Assembly (NCBI GenBank): GCA_964463705.1
Contig: CAYXCH010000021.1
Location: forward strand, 1,162-65,161
Reading direction: 5' to 3'
Source: an uncultured Pseudobdellovibrionaceae bacterium
GTDB taxonomy: Bacteria; Patescibacteriota; Minisyncoccia; Moranbacterales; GCA-2747515
Length of the DNA stretch: 64,000 nucleotides
A program made the translations under genes and the position numbers. The notes beneath the pieces are model-generated. The model ran no database searches and was not told where the DNA came from. It was given only the letters and a program-made list of their open reading frames with translations. The number at the start of each line of letters is the position of its first letter. The stretch's first letter is position 1. Positions 60,925 through 64,000 of this stretch are shown in pieces.

Positions 60925-61361
60925 ACGGACACAATGTGAATAATGATATCCCGCGTGCGCGGCCCGTCCAAGTCTACCGCCAAAATACTTTGCCGCTCTC
61001 CCAATAGTAACTCCCCATCCGCCAGAGGAATGGTCACGTCTCCACCCAGTAACATGGCCTTACAATGCGAGTGCCCGTTACTGCGTCCATCTGACGGTGT
61101 CCGAGTACTGCGTAATTCAAATACGTCATGAGCATACTGCGCATCTACCGGAACAAGGCGCTGTAATACATGTGTCATATCTTGCAACAACATCGGCTCA
61201 TGATGATTGATAACAACACCCATTGTCGTGTGTTGCGAAAAAACCACCACCATGCCGCCCTTCGCTCCGCTCTCACGAACAGTATCACGAACCGCATCGG
61301 TAATATCCGTAAAATCCAATTGTTTTTTGCTTGTAAACTCTATTTTTTGTGTGATGACCAT
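60921..61361 (-). CDS. yjbQ: YjbQ/UPF0047 family protein
   Basis: 146 aa. HTTMGVVINHHEP...AHDVFELRSTR motifs typical of YjbQ. Confidence 0.75.
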   Translation of the reverse strand: MVITQKIEFTSKKQLDFTDITDAVRDTVRESGAKGGMVVVFSQHTTMGVVINHHEPMLLQDMTHVLQRLVPVDAQYAHDVFELRSTRTPSDGRSNGHSHCKAMLLGGDVTIPLADGELLLGERQSILAVDLDGPRTRDIIIHIVSV

Positions 61362-61395
61362 AAGAGGTAAATGTTACTATCGGAATAAGTGATAC

Positions 61396-62649
61396 CTATG
61401 GGAAAATTTTCTCAAACAGCGTTCGCAACTTTGCCGCCGCGCCACCCAACGGTTGTGTAATCATTGAAGCATGAGAGCGAGCACGGCCAAACACGCCCCC
61501 ATCATTACTATCTCGCAATGCGAACAACGCCGTCCCAACAACAGTTGCATACGCCGGATCATCTACACGGTCAAACATTCCTCCCAATGGTTGCGGCTCT
61601 CCACGACGAACAGGAAGACGCAATACTTCCTTTGCCAATGGAACACAATACGGAATCTTTGCTCCCCCACCGGTTAATACAACACCGCCGGGAAGTAGTT
61701 CCGCCTTCTTAATACGTTGTAATTCCGTTTGAACCAAAGAAAAAATCTCCTCCATGCGCGCCTGAATAATTTGCGCAACATGATACCGTGATACGGTATC
61801 ATTCTCTCGCGGATCCAAGGCGCTCAGATCACATTCCTCACGTCGGTCCACCGCCGCCGCAATCGCCGCCCCATAATTAAGCTTCACCGCTTCCGCCGTC
61901 TCTACAGCTGTTCGTAATCCGATTGCCAAATCATTGGTAACATGTGCCGCACCAATCGGCAATACGGCGGCGTGAATCAATTCACTTTCTTCATACACCG
62001 CCACCGTTGTTGTTGTTGCGCCAATATCTACCACTACAACGCCCAGTTCCCGTGCTTGCTGGTCCAACACACTCTGTGCCACCGCCAACGGCGTGGCGAT
62101 AAAATCATCTTCCCCGATGCCGGCATGGTGAAGCGCCGCCTCCATGGCACGCAATGCCTGTGTCGGCGCATCAATTAACAGCGCCTCCACATCCAGTCGC
62201 ACCCCTTTCATTCCAACGGGATCTTTAACATCTGTCTGATCATCAACACTGTATCGTCGTGGCAGCACATGAATAATCTCCTTATTTGCCGGCAAACTAA
62301 CCGCCTGCGCCGCCATTAACACTCTCTCCACATCATCTGTAGAAATATCTCCATCGGAACGGGAAACAACAACAACACCTTTTGATAGTTGTGCCGTTAT
62401 CTGTGGTGAGCCAATGCTACATACGGCATGAGACGGAATATTCGGCACATGCATTGTCAGTTGTCGCACCACCTGTGTAATACTTTCCGCCGCCACATCC
62501 GGTGCCACCACTGCCCCGCGCCGCACTCCGGCAGATGGAACATCCGCCGCCGCCACAACATACGGCAACTCTTCCCCGCGATCTTCCAATACCACACCGC
62601 GAGTAACGGTTGTTCCACAATCCAATGCCAGTACTCTGTGCTCCCTCAT
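61396..62649 (-). CDS. ftsA: Cell division protein FtsA (actin-like ATPase)
   Basis: VLALDCGTT (phosphate-1 motif), HVLPRRYSVDDQ, VVVDIGATTTTVAVY and GGVVLTGGGAKIP align with the FtsA motifs RVLHVIPQEYAID, VVDIGGGTMDIAVY and GIVLTGG. Confidence 0.8.
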   Translation of the reverse strand: MREHRVLALDCGTTVTRGVVLEDRGEELPYVVAAADVPSAGVRRGAVVAPDVAAESITQVVRQLTMHVPNIPSHAVCSIGSPQITAQLSKGVVVVSRSDGDISTDDVERVLMAAQAVSLPANKEIIHVLPRRYSVDDQTDVKDPVGMKGVRLDVEALLIDAPTQALRAMEAALHHAGIGEDDFIATPLAVAQSVLDQQARELGVVVVDIGATTTTVAVYEESELIHAAVLPIGAAHVTNDLAIGLRTAVETAEAVKLNYGAAIAAAVDRREECDLSALDPRENDTVSRYHVAQIIQARMEEIFSLVQTELQRIKKAELLPGGVVLTGGGAKIPYCVPLAKEVLRLPVRRGEPQPLGGMFDRVDDPAYATVVGTALFALRDSNDGGVFGRARSHASMITQPLGGAAAKLRTLFEKIFP

Positions 62650-62651
62650 AG

Positions 62652-63023
62652 CTACGCTCCCATTATACGCTCACTTACACGATAAGCGACAATACCACCG
62701 CAAACAACGGCGCCGATTGTACAAACCAATACCGCAGCGGCGGCGCTATCTTTTGCTCGCTGCGCCGTTGCGGAATGTTCATCTGTCATTGTATCCACGG
62801 TATTTTCAATTGCCGTATTAATCAATTCCACCACGATGACCGCAATAACAGCCAGGAACATTGCGGATCGTTCTCCCATTGTCAGCGGTGCAACTACCGC
62901 ACACACACCAACACCAAACGCCACCGCCAATTCAATCCGAAAATTGCGCTCTTCTTTTACAGTATACCATATCCCGCATAATGCGTGATACAAACTCTTA
63001 CTGATGGGCGGATTTTTCTCCAT
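62652..63023 (-). CDS. dgkA: Diacylglycerol/undecaprenol kinase
   Basis: 123 aa with three TM segments. LINTAIENTVDTMTDEHSATAQRAKDSAAAAVLV motif. Confidence 0.8.
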   Translation of the reverse strand: MEKNPPISKSLYHALCGIWYTVKEERNFRIELAVAFGVGVCAVVAPLTMGERSAMFLAVIAVIVVELINTAIENTVDTMTDEHSATAQRAKDSAAAAVLVCTIGAVVCGGIVAYRVSERIMGA

Positions 63024-63501
63024 TGTGTATTTCCTCTACAACGCGATCCTGAATGGCGAACATCATTGGTGAATGATCGTATCCCAACAGGTGCAATACG
63101 CCATGGGAAAGCGTATCTGTCATTGCACGATGCACATCCTTACCGTCCATTGTAGCATAGCGCTCAATAGTTGAGAAGGAAAGAATGATATCTCCCAAAA
63201 TCGCAGAAGATGGAACAGGTTCCCCGTCATGACGATTATCCACACCGCGAGCGGGCCGATGAGCAAACGCATCGGCAAACGATAATACATCCGTCGGAGA
63301 ATCAAGGCCTCGATGTTCAGCATTAAGTGCGCGGATTGTTTCATCACGAACAAACACTACCGCCACTTCCACAGACGCGCCAAATGTTACCGCACTGTGT
63401 TGCAGCGTTGTTTGGACCACATAATTCACATACTCCCGTGTACACCACACCGGCACCGACCGATCATCATCCCGAATGTCATGACATACTACATTCATCA
63501 T
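62998..63501 (-). CDS. ybeY: rRNA maturation endoribonuclease YbeY
   Basis: HGVLHLLGYDH metal-binding motif. Confidence 0.85.
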   Translation of the reverse strand: MMNVVCHDIRDDDRSVPVWCTREYVNYVVQTTLQHSAVTFGASVEVAVVFVRDETIRALNAEHRGLDSPTDVLSFADAFAHRPARGVDNRHDGEPVPSSAILGDIILSFSTIERYATMDGKDVHRAMTDTLSHGVLHLLGYDHSPMMFAIQDRVVEEIHNGEKSAHQ

Positions 63502-64000
63502 CGTGTCATTGGATCCAACACCTCCCGACGCAGACGCAAAATACTCTCATCATCCAGCAACGATATCGCCAGTACGCGCGGATTTTCTTGAGAAAGCAAC
63601 TCCACCGTCCGCTCCACATCTTCCACGGAACGCTCATCGGAACGAGACACCACTACCCATTCCGGTGTCTTTAACAATGCCGAATTATATCGTCCCAACT
63701 CGGCACGCACCGTTAAATAATCCGCCAACGGATCCGCACTGTCCGCCGCCACAACGTGAAGCAATGTCCGAGTGCGCTCAATATGTTGCAAAAACTTATG
63801 CCCCAACCCTTTTCCATCGGCGGCACCGGCAATCAGTCCGGGTATGTCCGCCAAAATAATTCCATAGTACACCCCCAGATGAGGCTGAAGTGTCGTAAAA
63901 TGATAATTTGCCACCTTACTGTTTGCATTAGTCAATGCATTGAGTAAGCTGGATTTTCCGACATTCGGAAGACCGATAAATCCTATGTCTGCAATCATTT
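63498..64000 (-). CDS. obg: GTPase Obg, partial (N-terminal Obg domain beyond window end)
   Basis: ADIGFIGLPNVGKSSLLNALT (G1), DIPGLIAGAADGKGLG (G3). The ORF runs off the right edge of the window. Confidence 0.8.
   Translation of the reverse strand, partial: MIADIGFIGLPNVGKSSLLNALTNANSKVANYHFTTLQPHLGVYYGIILADIPGLIAGAADGKGLGHKFLQHIERTRTLLHVVAADSADPLADYLTVRAELGRYNSALLKTPEWVVVSRSDERSVEDVERTVELLSQENPRVLAISLLDDESILRLRREVLDPMTR

Overview
The window holds two compartments. The left ~6.5 kb (1-6547) is an AT-rich island, whereas the remainder is a ~50% GC, gene-dense housekeeping region transcribed mostly from the minus strand, apart from a plus-strand block at 36856-42521.

The island contains a clear Cas12a (Cpf1) gene at 2537-6190 (-). 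Immediately downstream, 1 nt after the cas12a stop, a second large open reading frame runs from 2535 to the window start (-, at least 845 codons, C-terminus off-window). This ORF is absent from the supplied ORF track, presumably because its stop lies outside the window. I translated it by hand. It is K/N-rich, begins with a WED-like motif (SALKFEYLPYDE, compare Cas12a KTLRFELVPHE) and, at about residue 830, carries FNENINSKLRESNNYLRIGIDLGTNDL. This aligns with the Cas12a RuvC-I region ([28 protein letters not shown]). It therefore looks like a second, highly divergent Cas12a-family effector encoded in tandem with cas12a. Co-occurrence of a second cas12-like effector gene with cas12a is known from type V-A2 / Cas12a2 loci, but I cannot tell from sequence which of the two genes, if either, corresponds to Cas12a2. 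No CRISPR array and no cas1/cas2/cas4 are present in the window.

The cas12a product itself keeps two CxxC pairs (CPTC, CPLC) flanking the Nuc-domain region, where the reference Cas12a sequences (As/Fn) I recall carry no cysteine pairs.

The rest of the window encodes, in order: uppS, a polyprenyl synthetase, a hinge-less SMC, rnc, nusB, murG, ftsW, trmD, an O-antigen-ligase-like protein, a ferredoxin, gatCA, a stand-alone Cas4-like PD-(D/E)XK Fe-S nuclease, glycosyltransferases, ugd, clpB with a perfect CIRCE operator, a SipW-type signal peptidase with a cognate TasA/camelysin-like secreted protein, a MurE-like ligase, secA, an LCP protein, pth, dprA, topA, one 16S rRNA gene that is not followed by a 23S gene and is flanked by its processing-stem inverted repeats, queA, relA/spoT, galU, a short rmlA, lysS, a short alaS, a CaCA antiporter, a VirD4/TraD-like ATPase with a membrane partner, a sigma-region-4/HARE-HTH protein, mltG, yjbQ, ftsA, dgkA, ybeY and a partial obg.

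Several housekeeping proteins are unusually short and the 16S has atypical conserved-site sequence. Both suggest a reduced, possibly Patescibacteria/CPR-like, genome, though this remains an inference.
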